From positions 4,136-68,135 of the forward strand of contig JAZQJG010000066.1 of NCBI GenBank assembly GCA_045541535.1: 64,000 nucleotides of DNA. The letters run 5' to 3'. Shown here piece after piece: positions 46,001-54,721 of the stretch (position 1 is the first letter of the stretch; the number at the start of each line of letters is the position of its first letter). This DNA is from Eubacteriales bacterium. Its GTDB lineage: Bacteria; Bacillota; Clostridia; Oscillospirales; QAKW01. Under the pieces are notes generated by a model. That model was not told the DNA's origin and did no database searches. It was given only the letters and a program-made list of their open reading frames with translations. Made by a program: the position numbers and the translations under genes.

Positions 46001-49000
46001 CTTTAAGCACGAGCTGGACAACAATATCTTTGAGGATATTTCCACCACGGCAGCCTATGCCTATCGCGGCGGCGCTCCCAACAACCCTGTCGGCACCGAT
46101 TTTTACTTTACCAACAATACGGTAATCGATACTGCCGACACTACCCACGGCGCCAACTATTACTTCTGGACGCCCGCGGCTATGGGTAAAGTCAACGATT
46201 ACGTTATTGAGGGCAACGCCTTTATCAATCAGCCCAAGGTTGGCGGTGTGTACATCGCTTATAAGGATCATGATGTTAATCTGGTCAATCTGGACGAAAA
46301 CTTCTACGGTAAGACTGTAGGCGGTAAGGACGTCGTTCAGCTGATGAGCCCCACTTTGGCGCAGCACACTTCCAAGAGCGATTGGTACTATCTGGATCGT
46401 GCCTTGACCACCAAGAATACCGAGGTATATCTGGCTGACAACGGCTACACCTCCATTGAGCACGGCAAGTTTGATGGCATCAACTATGCCACCATCAAGA
46501 CCGCTCAGACCGGTCTGACTGCTGAGAATGCCTTCAAGGCCATCAGCGGCGCCGAGATCGCCGGTGTATATGCCGACGAGGCTTGCACCACTCCCATCAC
46601 CGGCGCACTGACCAAGCCCAATATGACCCTCTACGTTATGGTCAAGAAGAGCGCCACCGGCATCGGTTGCGTTACCAAGGTGACCATGGAACTGCCCTGT
46701 GCGCACGCCGGCAGCAAGACCCTCAAAGACCACGTTGCCGAAACCTGCGGCACCGACGGTTACAAGACCTACACCTGTGACGACTGCGGCAGAGAGATCA
46801 ACGCTTGGAAAGAGATCCTGCCCGCTACCAACGCTCACGTTTGGGACAGCGGTGTTGTAAGCATTGCTCCCACCTGTCAGGTAATGGGTACCACCCTGTA
46901 TACCTGTACTGCCGCCAATTGTTTGGCGGACGGCAGCAAAGCCACCAAGACCGAGCAGGATATCGCCGTTGTTCCCTGCGAAAGCGACGGTACCTGGAAC
47001 GTAGTTACCGCTCCCAAGTGTGAAGTGGACGGTAGCGAAACTCAAAACTGTAAATGGTGTGGCGCCGTTCTGGCCACCCAGGCCATTCCTCAAACCGGCC
47101 ACGATTGGGATGAGGGTTACGAGGATCCCATCCACGATTGTATGCATTCCGGTACCATGCACTACACCTGTAAGAACGATTCCAGCCATACCTATACTGC
47201 AGAAGTTCCCTCTACCGGCGAGCATAACTTTATTCCCGCCGTTAAGACTCCTGCCACCTGTACCACCGAGGGTGTAATGACCTACACCTGTTACGGTTGT
47301 AACACCACCCACGAGGCCGCCATTCCCGTTACCGGTCACGATTACGTGGCTGTAACCACCAAAGAGCCTACCTGTGTGGAAGACGGCATTTTAACCTATA
47401 CCTGTCAGAATTGTGGTGATTCATACACCACTCCCGCCCCTGCCAACGGTTCTCACGATTACAAGGCAGAGGTTACCGTATATCCCACCTGTACCACCGA
47501 GGGTGTGATGACCTACACCTGTCAGAGATCGGATTGCGGCGAAGTTACCACCGAAGCGATCCCCAATCTGGGCGGTCATAAGTACGGCGATTGGATACTG
47601 CGTACCGCTTCCACCTGCGCCGTGCCCGGTGTGGAATACCACACTTGTACCGTTTGCGGATATGAGGAGACCAGAAATCTGCCTCTGTTCGACCACTACT
47701 ATTCCGACGAATTCACCATTGACATCAAGCCCACCGGCACCGTCAGAGGTGAAAAGTCCCGTCACTGTCTCATCTGTACCGCCAGAACGGACATTACCGA
47801 TCTGGGCTATTGTCAGCACGAGAATATCGGTAAAGACTGGATCATTGATATGGAGGCCAGTTGTACCGCTCCCGGCGAGAAGCATCAGGTATGTCTGGAT
47901 TGTGGCGACAACGTTAACAGCACCGAGATCAAGCAGCTGGATCATACCTACGTTGAAACCGGTGTGAACAAAGAGCCCACCTGTACCGAGAAGGGTGAGA
48001 TGGCGCTGACCTGTAGCGTCTGCGGTGGCACCTCTACCAAGGTGATTGCCGCCAACGGCCACAATCCCGGTGCTTGGGTTACCGTTACCGCTCCCACCTG
48101 CACCACCGAGGGTCTGGCCGAGCAGGTATGTCTGACCTGTGATGCCAAGGTGAAGACCAAGACCTTGAGTGTCGTTGATCACGCCGAGCTGATCTGGGTT
48201 ACCACCACGCCTGCCGATTGTTTGGCCGAGGGTGTATCCTCTTACGTATGCGCCGATTGCGGCGACGTCTTTGATGAAAAGGTAATTCCCGCCACCGGCC
48301 ATAAGGCTACCCACGTTGATACCACTCCCGCCACCTGTACGGAAGACGGTCTGCGCGACTACGTCTGCAGCGTCTGCGGCGAGGAGAATCTGGACGTAGT
48401 GATCGCCGCCAAGGGCCACACCGAGGGTGAATGGGTTGTTGTTACTCCCGCCACCATCCACGGCGCCGGCCTGCAGGTGAAATACTGCACCGTCTGCGGC
48501 GAGATCGTTGCAGAGGAAGTTCTGGAGTGGGTTGTCAACGAGTGTGATCCCTTCACCGACGTTGTTAAGAAGAGCTGGTATCATAAGGGCGTTGACTTCG
48601 TATTCAACTCCGGTCTGATGTCCGGTATCTCCTCCACCAAGTTTGCTCCCACTATGGCCACCTCCCGTGGTATGTTCGTTACCATTCTGGGTAGACTCAG
48701 CGGTGTGGATGCCGACCAGTACACCTTCGCTTACTTTGAGGACGTGAAGGATGGCTCTTACTACTTCGGTTATATCGAGTGGGCCAGAGTCAACGGCATC
48801 GTAGCCGGTACCGGCAACTACGTCTTCCAGCCTGACCGTGCTATCACCCGTCAGGAGATGTGTAAGATGATCGTATCCTACGCCAACTACGAGGAAATCG
48901 AGCTGGTGATGAACAAGGGTAAGGTCACCTTCAAGGATGACGCTTCCATTGCCAAGTGGGCCAAGAGTGACGTTTACACCTGCCAGCGTGCAGGCATCGT

Positions 49001-49100
49001 CAACGGCGATACCAACGGCACCTTCCGTCCCACCGATACCGCAAGCCGTGCAGAGGTTGCAGTGCTTATTATGAACTTCTGGAACTCCTGTATGAAATAA
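43035..49100 (+). CDS. 2021-aa secreted SLH-anchored surface protein (candidate S-layer/adhesin)
   Basis: Signal peptide LSLILAIFMLVSMLTCIVLPTASA. Two paralogous ~600-aa modules, about 15 Cys-containing ~40-aa repeats and three C-terminal SLH-like repeats (FTDVVKKSWYHKGVDFV.., FEDVKDGSYYFGYIEWA.., FKDDASIAKWAKSDVY..). Confidence 0.85.
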   Translation: MLKSKRVLSLILAIFMLVSMLTCIVLPTASAENTLSVAERFAKIKATDSDNDGVFTPAANVVFVNPSFGTGTFTYKYGDGTTWGNGVTYELTLGENAFKKLQEGIYACRDAWNAHGGTVADYTGPDTVVVCPGTYAGDQWQKTEWVIYNLPSDWDDGAYTDLFTLNVVGPQAGISPVTDGIDHANPTPQNGRSVDTKKEAVSTSTMWEATNAHYIVDGMAFKGAHNFYFRGTSAGVYYAQTFRNIYHQIDVEYQDSNGYTYFRGAGVACNRSFEMNNYYLKYKQINYTKATGNNKLIATRMVMDNFYQDSHEIDYLSDQHKQGFQMHCYLTPYKSQAPGFLGKDVKGSHWEIKNSVVNNTKSNHWMRFYTHDSNYADDANGGTAAMDSLNISYINNLFYNPAQLVRTTYANSKWNGADQATIKDDGGFGDTISFQNGWAFTQQSGMLNFTFSENTIQYTSAALNDRYNGAGGREAKTAGGTFFNINDDTWNKLADTANNKIDWVFKDNTLIVPTPYTLSSKFYLTNTSDAAAKANAHGTHFDASSILVMNQNNEVCTFYQSNHDMKDIYASDKMAGGVREMFGVTNGAQMAIADSQVEIRKSQNNHCPVPGFDGKLMIVPQNNATTHDVKDLFTFRGEGVEIVKLVDTNGTEVTGKVNPKDLDGYKVTAQLKGDKSVCNVTFTISIATDDKYLFIDPTNSVTSYEFNGKTYTLNSSNRVAQFNLAQADAMVNASDATRKKVVVFLPGTHTPGNNQLKSNMALLGPQFGVSPVTDNFTLATGRGITKNAENSYAIDTTKEAVLKNGYWDIYRTEVAVYVDGFVFDNARFNISNATVGVNGWHFAMRGALLGLSINNVFLNGWSSTTVGGFGTSYASQGIKGFLQMKDIYAAGLGKTDYKNIIDTTAINVNLDHMYVENRYTSALFRVQATNGKNLMIHPGQVTFKLKNSKFINMYDNWNFMYPNYVDPMVSSSTWGGTANANSAEYYPAGFKHELDNNIFEDISTTAAYAYRGGAPNNPVGTDFYFTNNTVIDTADTTHGANYYFWTPAAMGKVNDYVIEGNAFINQPKVGGVYIAYKDHDVNLVNLDENFYGKTVGGKDVVQLMSPTLAQHTSKSDWYYLDRALTTKNTEVYLADNGYTSIEHGKFDGINYATIKTAQTGLTAENAFKAISGAEIAGVYADEACTTPITGALTKPNMTLYVMVKKSATGIGCVTKVTMELPCAHAGSKTLKDHVAETCGTDGYKTYTCDDCGREINAWKEILPATNAHVWDSGVVSIAPTCQVMGTTLYTCTAANCLADGSKATKTEQDIAVVPCESDGTWNVVTAPKCEVDGSETQNCKWCGAVLATQAIPQTGHDWDEGYEDPIHDCMHSGTMHYTCKNDSSHTYTAEVPSTGEHNFIPAVKTPATCTTEGVMTYTCYGCNTTHEAAIPVTGHDYVAVTTKEPTCVEDGILTYTCQNCGDSYTTPAPANGSHDYKAEVTVYPTCTTEGVMTYTCQRSDCGEVTTEAIPNLGGHKYGDWILRTASTCAVPGVEYHTCTVCGYEETRNLPLFDHYYSDEFTIDIKPTGTVRGEKSRHCLICTARTDITDLGYCQHENIGKDWIIDMEASCTAPGEKHQVCLDCGDNVNSTEIKQLDHTYVETGVNKEPTCTEKGEMALTCSVCGGTSTKVIAANGHNPGAWVTVTAPTCTTEGLAEQVCLTCDAKVKTKTLSVVDHAELIWVTTTPADCLAEGVSSYVCADCGDVFDEKVIPATGHKATHVDTTPATCTEDGLRDYVCSVCGEENLDVVIAAKGHTEGEWVVVTPATIHGAGLQVKYCTVCGEIVAEEVLEWVVNECDPFTDVVKKSWYHKGVDFVFNSGLMSGISSTKFAPTMATSRGMFVTILGRLSGVDADQYTFAYFEDVKDGSYYFGYIEWARVNGIVAGTGNYVFQPDRAITRQEMCKMIVSYANYEEIELVMNKGKVTFKDDASIAKWAKSDVYTCQRAGIVNGDTNGTFRPTDTASRAEVAVLIMNFWNSCMK

Positions 49101-49113
49101 GCTAAACCTACCA

Positions 49114-49147
49114 AGTTCTCCCGCCGCAAGGTGGGAGAACTTTTCTT
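49114..49147 (+). terminator. intrinsic terminator after the SLH protein gene
   Basis: Stem agttctccc/gggagaact followed by ttttctt. Confidence 0.7.
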
Positions 49148-49164
49148 AGAAAAGGAGAATCATT

Positions 49165-49560
49165 ATGCAAGGAAAAATTAAAGGTGTACATCACATTGCG
49201 CTCAAGGCCAAGGGTCTGGAGCAATATCATCAATTGGTATCCTTCTATCACGATCTGTTGGGGATGCCCGTAGTGCGTGAGTGGGGCAGTGCCGAAGCGC
49301 CTGCCATGATGCTGTCCACGGGAGACGCCCTGCTGGAACTCTTTTCCGACGCGCCCGATTGTCTGGGCGCCGGTGCTTTGCGCCATCTGGCGCTGGCCAC
49401 CGACGACGTAGACGCCTGTATTGCCGCCGTTCGGGCGGCGGGCTACACCGTGACGATGGAGCCCACCGATATCGTCATTTCCTCCAATCCGCCCTATCCC
49501 GCCCGCATTGCCTTCTGCATCGGCCCGGTGGGGGAGGAAGTGGAGTTTTTCAGTGAATAA
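49165..49560 (+). CDS. VOC (glyoxalase/bleomycin-resistance/dioxygenase) family protein
   Basis: 131 aa with GVHHIALKAKG start and RHLALATDD, a typical VOC pattern. Confidence 0.8.
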   Translation: MQGKIKGVHHIALKAKGLEQYHQLVSFYHDLLGMPVVREWGSAEAPAMMLSTGDALLELFSDAPDCLGAGALRHLALATDDVDACIAAVRAAGYTVTMEPTDIVISSNPPYPARIAFCIGPVGEEVEFFSE

Positions 49561-49581
49561 TGAATAATGAATAGTGAATAG
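49554..49581 (+). repeat. TGAATAR heptamer x4 (the first unit supplies the VOC stop codon)
   Basis: Sequence tgaataa tgaataa tgaatag tgaatag. Confidence 0.75.
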
Positions 49582-49586
49582 TTGTG

Positions 49587-49712
49587 GAGGGATTTTTGAC
49601 TTTGTCAAAAATCTCCATTCACAAACCGATCGTGCGTTCGTGTACTTATTGCAATTACATGCTGATATGATCGGATGGCCTCCCCGTGCTACGGGGGCGG
49701 GGGTCTCCCCGC
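49587..49712 (+). repeat. mosaic intergenic repeat modules
   Basis: ggagggatttttgactttgtcaaaaatctccattc matches 51360-51394. ccccgtgctacgggggcggg matches the reverse complement of cccgccctgtagcacgggg near 51425. Confidence 0.7.
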
Positions 49713-49795
49713 AAAAGTTTACAAAAAGGACTTTATTTTTATATAGAAGTATGATAGAATATAAGTAATATTCTACGTAAGGAAGGAAGATCCCC

Positions 49796-51304
49796 ATGGG
49801 AAAAGGACAACGTTCTCGTCTGGCAAGAGCTGACGAGGTCAAAGAAAAGAAAATCGCTGCAAAAAAGAAAGAAAAGAGAGATAAGATCGTTCGTGTTATT
49901 TCTCTGATCACCGCCATTGTTTTGGTGATCGGTTTGGCCGGTTGGATCGGTTATTCCGTGGTAGACAGCAACAACCGCTCCAGCGGTAGCTATCTGAATA
50001 AAGATATTGCCGTCGAGTCTGCCAACTTTAAGGTGACCGATGCGCAACTGATGTATTATTTTCAGAACTACTATGCCAATATGCTGAGCAACTATTCTGC
50101 CGAGAGTCTGGGCCTGGACACCAGCAAATCGCTGAAGGAACAGCAATGCGCCATTTCTACTGATGAAAGCGGTAACACCCAGACTTGGTATGAGTATATG
50201 ATGGACGGCACCGTTGCACAGGTCAAGCAGACGCTGGTAATGGCCGAAGCGGCCAAGGCTGCGGGCGTAGAGCTGGACGAGCACGACACCGCCGAAATTG
50301 AAAACACCCTGAACAACATCAAGCCCGAGGATTATGCTCCCGGTTTGACCAAGGAAGCCATCGGCGAATTTATGAAGATGGCAATGCTTGCCTCCAATTA
50401 TCAGACCCAGGTGCAGGAGAGCATTGAATGCACCACTGCTGATATGGAAAAGTATTATAAAGAAAACAAGAACAACTACGACAAGGTTGACTATCGTATG
50501 TATTCCTTCAGCTATGCGGCCGCTGAGGATGAGGAAACCACCGCACTGACCAAGGAAGCCGCCAAGAAACTGGCTGATGAGCTGGCCGCCACCGGTAATG
50601 AAACGGCCTACGTTGATTGGTTGAGAAACTACTTCACCACCGTCGTTAAACCCAAGGATGTGGAGAAAGAGTTGAACAACTATAAGACGGAAGGCGCCGC
50701 TTATGATGAATCCAATGCCGGTAACGAGTTCCTCTTTGCCTCTTCCACCAAAGCCGGTGATATCAAGGTAATTGATGACGAAACCGACGAATGCTATAAG
50801 GTATATCTGATGCTTGCGCCCGCTCACCGTGATGAGACCGTTACCCAGAGCGTCCGTCACATCCTGATCAGCGTGGATGATAAAGAGGACAAAGAAGCCT
50901 TGGCCACCGCCAAGAAGGAAGCCGACGATCTGCTGGCCAAATGGAAGAAGGACGGCGGTACCGAAGAAGCCTTTGCCGCGCTGGTACACGACAACACCGA
51001 CGATCCCGGCTCTGCCGAGAATGGCGGTCTGTACGAAAATTTCCCCAAGGGCCAGATGGTAGCCGAGTTTGAAAACTGGGCCTATGATGCCGCCCGTAAG
51101 ACCGGCGACACCGGCATCGTGCAAACCGATTACGGCTATCACATTATGTACTATGTTGGTAAGGGTCTGCCCGCCTGGCAGGCAACCGTTAAGGCTGATA
51201 TCGTCAGCACCGAATATGCCAAGCAAACCGAAGCCTTCACCGAGAAACACGTAGTTACCGTCAACGACAAAAACGTTAAGAAGATCGCTTCTTACATTGC
51301 CTAA
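49796..51304 (+). CDS. membrane-anchored peptidylprolyl isomerase (PpiC/parvulin type, PrsA-like)
   Basis: N-terminal TM and a parvulin block VRHILISVDD ... GGLYENFPKGQMVAEFENWA ... DYGYHIMYY. Confidence 0.8.
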   Translation: MGKGQRSRLARADEVKEKKIAAKKKEKRDKIVRVISLITAIVLVIGLAGWIGYSVVDSNNRSSGSYLNKDIAVESANFKVTDAQLMYYFQNYYANMLSNYSAESLGLDTSKSLKEQQCAISTDESGNTQTWYEYMMDGTVAQVKQTLVMAEAAKAAGVELDEHDTAEIENTLNNIKPEDYAPGLTKEAIGEFMKMAMLASNYQTQVQESIECTTADMEKYYKENKNNYDKVDYRMYSFSYAAAEDEETTALTKEAAKKLADELAATGNETAYVDWLRNYFTTVVKPKDVEKELNNYKTEGAAYDESNAGNEFLFASSTKAGDIKVIDDETDECYKVYLMLAPAHRDETVTQSVRHILISVDDKEDKEALATAKKEADDLLAKWKKDGGTEEAFAALVHDNTDDPGSAENGGLYENFPKGQMVAEFENWAYDAARKTGDTGIVQTDYGYHIMYYVGKGLPAWQATVKADIVSTEYAKQTEAFTEKHVVTVNDKNVKKIASYIA

Positions 51305-51310
51305 TACAAG

Positions 51311-51348
51311 CTCTCCCGCAGACACTTGTCTGCGGGAGATTTTTTTTG
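51311..51348 (+). terminator. intrinsic terminator after the PrsA-like gene
   Basis: Stem ctcccgcagac-actt-gtctgcgggag followed by a T8 run. Confidence 0.8.
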
Positions 51349-51359
51349 TGAACAATTAT

Positions 51360-51625
51360 GGAAGGATTTTTGACGTTGTCAAAGATCTCCATTAATAATC
51401 CGATTTTATGTTCGTGTACCCGCCCTGTAGCACGGGGAGGCAATCCGCTGGAATGCCCGAGTACCTGTGATAGGTGCCCGCGCATTCGCAGATTGCACCA
51501 AAGGTGCTGTCTGCGCCCGAGATTGCGCCGCCCCACCGAGTGGGGAATCTATCCGATCTCACGTGCGAGCACTCTTTGCGTGTGCTCGCAAATGCAATCG
51601 GATTACCCACAGGGGTACCCTGTTT
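51360..51625 (+). repeat. mosaic GC-rich hairpin-module repeat block
   Basis: Shares ~20-35-nt modules with 49587-49712, 53033-53215 and 54722-54905, for example ccgat(c/t)ttatgttcg(g/t)gtacc and gtgcgagcac..gtgctcgcaaatgc. Confidence 0.7.
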
Positions 51626-51695
51626 GTGCAAAGTGTTGCAAAAAAATGTGGAGGGGTATTGTTTTTGGGCGGGTCTACAAAAATGATTGATTCAT

Positions 51696-51724
51696 TTGAC
51701 ATTTGTGGCGTTTTGCAGTAGAAT
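51696..51724 (+). promoter_or_regulatory. promoter TTGACA-17-TAGAAT for the MFS gene
   Basis: Hexamers read from the sequence, 45 nt upstream of the 51770 ATG. Confidence 0.55.
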
Positions 51725-51769
51725 AAGGGACGAAACGAGCAAAAAATGATCACTTCTTCGGAGGTTTCT

Positions 51770-53053
51770 ATGAAAAAACTAACCAATCGTAAACACGTCG
51801 CCGCCTTGACCTGGTTGTGCACCCTAGCCTATTTTGCCAGCTACGTAGCCCGTACCGACTTTGCGGCGGTGCTCACCAGCTTTGTGGACGCACAGGCCGC
51901 CGCCAAGACGGGGATCGATGCCGCACAGGCGGGCCTGATCATCACCGGCGCCTTTTTCTCCTACGGCATCGGCCAGTTGCTCAGTGGCTATCTGGGGGAT
52001 AAAATCCCGCCTAAATACATCATTTTCTTCGGCTTTTTGCTGACCGGCAGTATGAATCTGCTGATGCCTTTGGGGCAGGGGATCGTGTGGTATATCACCG
52101 TGTGGGCGGTCAACGGTTTTGCCCATGCCATGATGTGGCCGCCTATGACCAAGATTCTCACCGCTTATCTGTCGGCAAACGATTACGTTCATTCGGTAAC
52201 CACCGTGTGCGCCGGCGCCAATCTGGGTAGCGTGGCGGTATATTTGCTGGCCGCCGCTTTGGTAGGTGTAATGGGTTGGACCTCGGTATTGTATATTGCC
52301 GCCGGTGTGGCGCTGACGGTGGCGGTGGTTTGGTTTATCGCCATGACCGCCATTGAGAAAACGGCAGAGAAATACGGCGAAGAGGATAAATTGACCATCC
52401 CTCAAGAAAACCGCAATCATACCGCCGCCGAATCTCTGAAAAACGTGCATTGGAAGCGCGCCATCGTTTTGATTATGGTGGCCATTATTGCACAAGGGTA
52501 CCTGCGGGACGGCATTTCCACCTGGCTTCCCAAATACCTGCAGGATACCTTTTCTCTTAACACCTCCGGCTCCTTGCTGGCCACCGTGCTTTTGCCCGTC
52601 TTTAACATCGTGATCATGGAATTCACCAGTTGGCTTTATCGCAACCACCTGCGCAACGAAACGCTGTGTGCCGGCGTGTATTTCGGTTTTTGCTCTCTGC
52701 TGACCGTATTGCTGACGGTGTTCTTTGATCTCCACGTGGCCCTTTCCTTGGCACTGGTGATTCTGGTCAATGGCGCTATTCACGGCATCAACCTGATTTT
52801 GGTGTGTATGATCAGCCCCCATTTCCGCAAATACGGCAAGACTTCTATTATGAGCGGCGCCCTCAATTTCTGTACCTACATCGGTTCCGGCACCGCCACC
52901 TATACCATTGCTCTGGTGTTTGAATACGTGGGCTGGCGGGCAACTATCGCCTCCTGGTCGGTGATTGCGCTGGTGGGCGCCCTGTGTTGCGTTTTTGCCA
53001 TCGGTCTTTGGAAAAAATTCGTCCGCACCGCAGATGCGGCGGGTCGCCGCTGA
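51770..53053 (+). CDS. MFS transporter
   Basis: About 12 hydrophobic segments. The ATG at 51770 follows a GGAGG RBS. The last ~7 codons and the stop lie inside a repeat module. Confidence 0.85.
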   Translation: MKKLTNRKHVAALTWLCTLAYFASYVARTDFAAVLTSFVDAQAAAKTGIDAAQAGLIITGAFFSYGIGQLLSGYLGDKIPPKYIIFFGFLLTGSMNLLMPLGQGIVWYITVWAVNGFAHAMMWPPMTKILTAYLSANDYVHSVTTVCAGANLGSVAVYLLAAALVGVMGWTSVLYIAAGVALTVAVVWFIAMTAIEKTAEKYGEEDKLTIPQENRNHTAAESLKNVHWKRAIVLIMVAIIAQGYLRDGISTWLPKYLQDTFSLNTSGSLLATVLLPVFNIVIMEFTSWLYRNHLRNETLCAGVYFGFCSLLTVLLTVFFDLHVALSLALVILVNGAIHGINLILVCMISPHFRKYGKTSIMSGALNFCTYIGSGTATYTIALVFEYVGWRATIASWSVIALVGALCCVFAIGLWKKFVRTADAAGRR

Positions 53054-53215
53054 CGATCCGATTGCATTTGCGAGCACCTATAACGGGTGCGCGAACGTAA
53101 GGTCGGATGAATCCCCACGTAGTGGGGCGGCGGGTCGCCGCTGACAATCTCGGGCGGCGGGTAACCTGCCGGTTATCCCGTCGTATGTGTGAGTACCCAC
53201 TACAGGTGCCCGAAC
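53033..53215 (+). repeat. mosaic GC-rich hairpin-module repeat block (left flank of marR-degV)
   Basis: Modules tttgcgagcacctataacgggtgcgcgaac, ccccacgtagtggggcggcgggtcgccgctgac, gtaacctgccggttatcccg and gtacccactacaggtgcccgaacataag recur inverted and re-ordered at 54722-54905. Confidence 0.8.
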
Positions 53216-53228
53216 ATAAGAATACAAT

Positions 53229-53260
53229 AAACAGCCGTTCCCTGGGGAACGGCTGTTTTA
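53229..53260 (+). terminator. hairpin terminator (short T-tract)
   Basis: Stem acagccgttcc-ctgg-ggaacggctgt followed by ttta. Confidence 0.5.
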
Positions 53261-53272
53261 ATGAGTTAGAAG

Positions 53273-53301
53273 TTGACATATCAACATTTTTGGTATATAA
53301 T
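53273..53301 (+). promoter_or_regulatory. consensus sigma-A promoter TTGACA-17-TATAAT for marR-degV
   Basis: Perfect hexamers with a 17-nt spacer, 30 nt upstream of the 53332 ATG. Confidence 0.65.
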
Positions 53302-53331
53302 GGTAGGGACAACAGCAAAGGAGAAAAAACA

Positions 53332-53784
53332 ATGGTCAGTCGTTTTGAAAAATTCAGCACCGCAATTTTTACCGTTTTCCGTTACGTTCAGCATCTGGAA
53401 ACGGAGGAAATGGAAAAATTCGGGATGAAGGGCAGTTTTGCCCAATATTTACTGGTAATGGAACGGTTTCCCGAGGGTATTACAGCGGCAAAACTCGGTA
53501 AACTATGTGATAAGGATAAGGCGGCGGTGTCCCGTGCGTTGAACGAAATGCAGGAAAAGGGGCTGGTCTGCCGTGTGGATCAGGGGAATGGCAGTTACCG
53601 TGCGCCCTTGGGTCTGACGGAGGAAGGCAAGGCGGCGGCTGAGTTTGTACAACAGCGGGCCAAATTGGCCGTGGAGGCCGCCGGCGCCGGACTGGATGAG
53701 GAAAACCGCAGAATTATGTATGAAAGTCTGGACCTGATCGCCGCCAATCTTAAAAAAATCTGTGAGGATGGAATTCCCCAATGA
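53332..53784 (+). CDS. MarR family transcriptional regulator
   Basis: Winged-helix block GITAAKLGKLCDKDKAAVSRALNEMQEKGLV. The ATG at 53332 follows a GGAGAA RBS; the longer listed ORF runs through repeat DNA. Confidence 0.85.
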   Translation: MVSRFEKFSTAIFTVFRYVQHLETEEMEKFGMKGSFAQYLLVMERFPEGITAAKLGKLCDKDKAAVSRALNEMQEKGLVCRVDQGNGSYRAPLGLTEEGKAAAEFVQQRAKLAVEAAGAGLDEENRRIMYESLDLIAANLKKICEDGIPQ

Positions 53785-54608
53785 GTGTAAAAATAATCGT
53801 GGATTCCGGCACCGATCTGTTGCCCGGTCACAGAGAACGGGTGGAGGTACTGCCGTTGACGGTACGGTTTGGCGAGCGGGAATATGCGGATGGAGTGGAT
53901 TTGACTCCCGCCGAATTTTATGAAAAATTGGCGACGGAGACGATGTTTCCCACCACCAGTCAGGTTCCGCCCGAGCAGTTTGCCACTGTCTTTGCAGGTT
54001 TCAAGGCGGCGGGGGATACCGCCGTGGTGCTCACCCTGTCAAGCGAGTTGTCAGGCACCTATCAGAGCGCTATGATCGCCGCTATGGATTTCCCCGGTAC
54101 CGTTTACGTGGTGGACAGCCGCTCGGTGGCCATTGGCGGCGGTATTTTGGCGGCGTACGCCCTGCAATTGATCGACAAGGGAAAGAGTGCCGCCACCGTG
54201 GCCCAAGCCTTAATGGAGGCCAGAGAACGGATCAGCCTGATTGCCGTGGTGGATACTCTGGAATATCTTAAAAAGGGTGGCCGTATTTCTGCCGCCGTGG
54301 CGTTGGCGGGTGGATTGCTTGGCATCAAGCCGGTGATCGGCCTGCGGGACGGCAAGGTGGAAATGCTGGGCAAGGCCCGTGGTTTCAAACAGGCGACGAG
54401 GCTGATGAATCGATTGGTGGCAGAGGTGGATGGGAATATGCCCATTCTGTTGGGCTATACCGGCGCCGAGGATGAAATACTGAAAAAATATATCGCCGAA
54501 AACGGGGAACTGTGGGGGCCGCAACCGCCCTGTACCGTGGTGGGAAGCGCCATTGGCGCTCACGCCGGTCCCGGTGCCATTGCCGTGGCGTATTTTGGAA
54601 AAGAATAA
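53781..54608 (+). CDS. DegV family fatty-acid-binding protein
   Basis: MSVKIIVDSGTDL start and TSQVPPEQF motif. It has an ATGA overlap with marR. Confidence 0.9.
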   Translation: MSVKIIVDSGTDLLPGHRERVEVLPLTVRFGEREYADGVDLTPAEFYEKLATETMFPTTSQVPPEQFATVFAGFKAAGDTAVVLTLSSELSGTYQSAMIAAMDFPGTVYVVDSRSVAIGGGILAAYALQLIDKGKSAATVAQALMEARERISLIAVVDTLEYLKKGGRISAAVALAGGLLGIKPVIGLRDGKVEMLGKARGFKQATRLMNRLVAEVDGNMPILLGYTGAEDEILKKYIAENGELWGPQPPCTVVGSAIGAHAGPGAIAVAYFGKE

Positions 54609-54643
54609 AAAGTGCTTGTACCGGTGGTACAAGCACTTTTTTG
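54607..54643 (+). terminator. intrinsic terminator after degV
   Basis: 12-bp stem agtgcttgtacc/ggtacaagcact followed by T6. Confidence 0.8.
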
Positions 54644-54644
54644 A

Positions 54645-54675
54645 CGAATAACGAATAACGAATAACGAATAACGA
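54645..54675 (+). repeat. CGAATAA heptamer x4.4
   Basis: Sequence cgaataa cgaataa cgaataa cgaataa cga. Confidence 0.8.
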
Positions 54676-54721
54676 TGGAAACCTTTTGGGCGAGGCCCAA
54701 AATCTGATTGAGTTTTATAAT

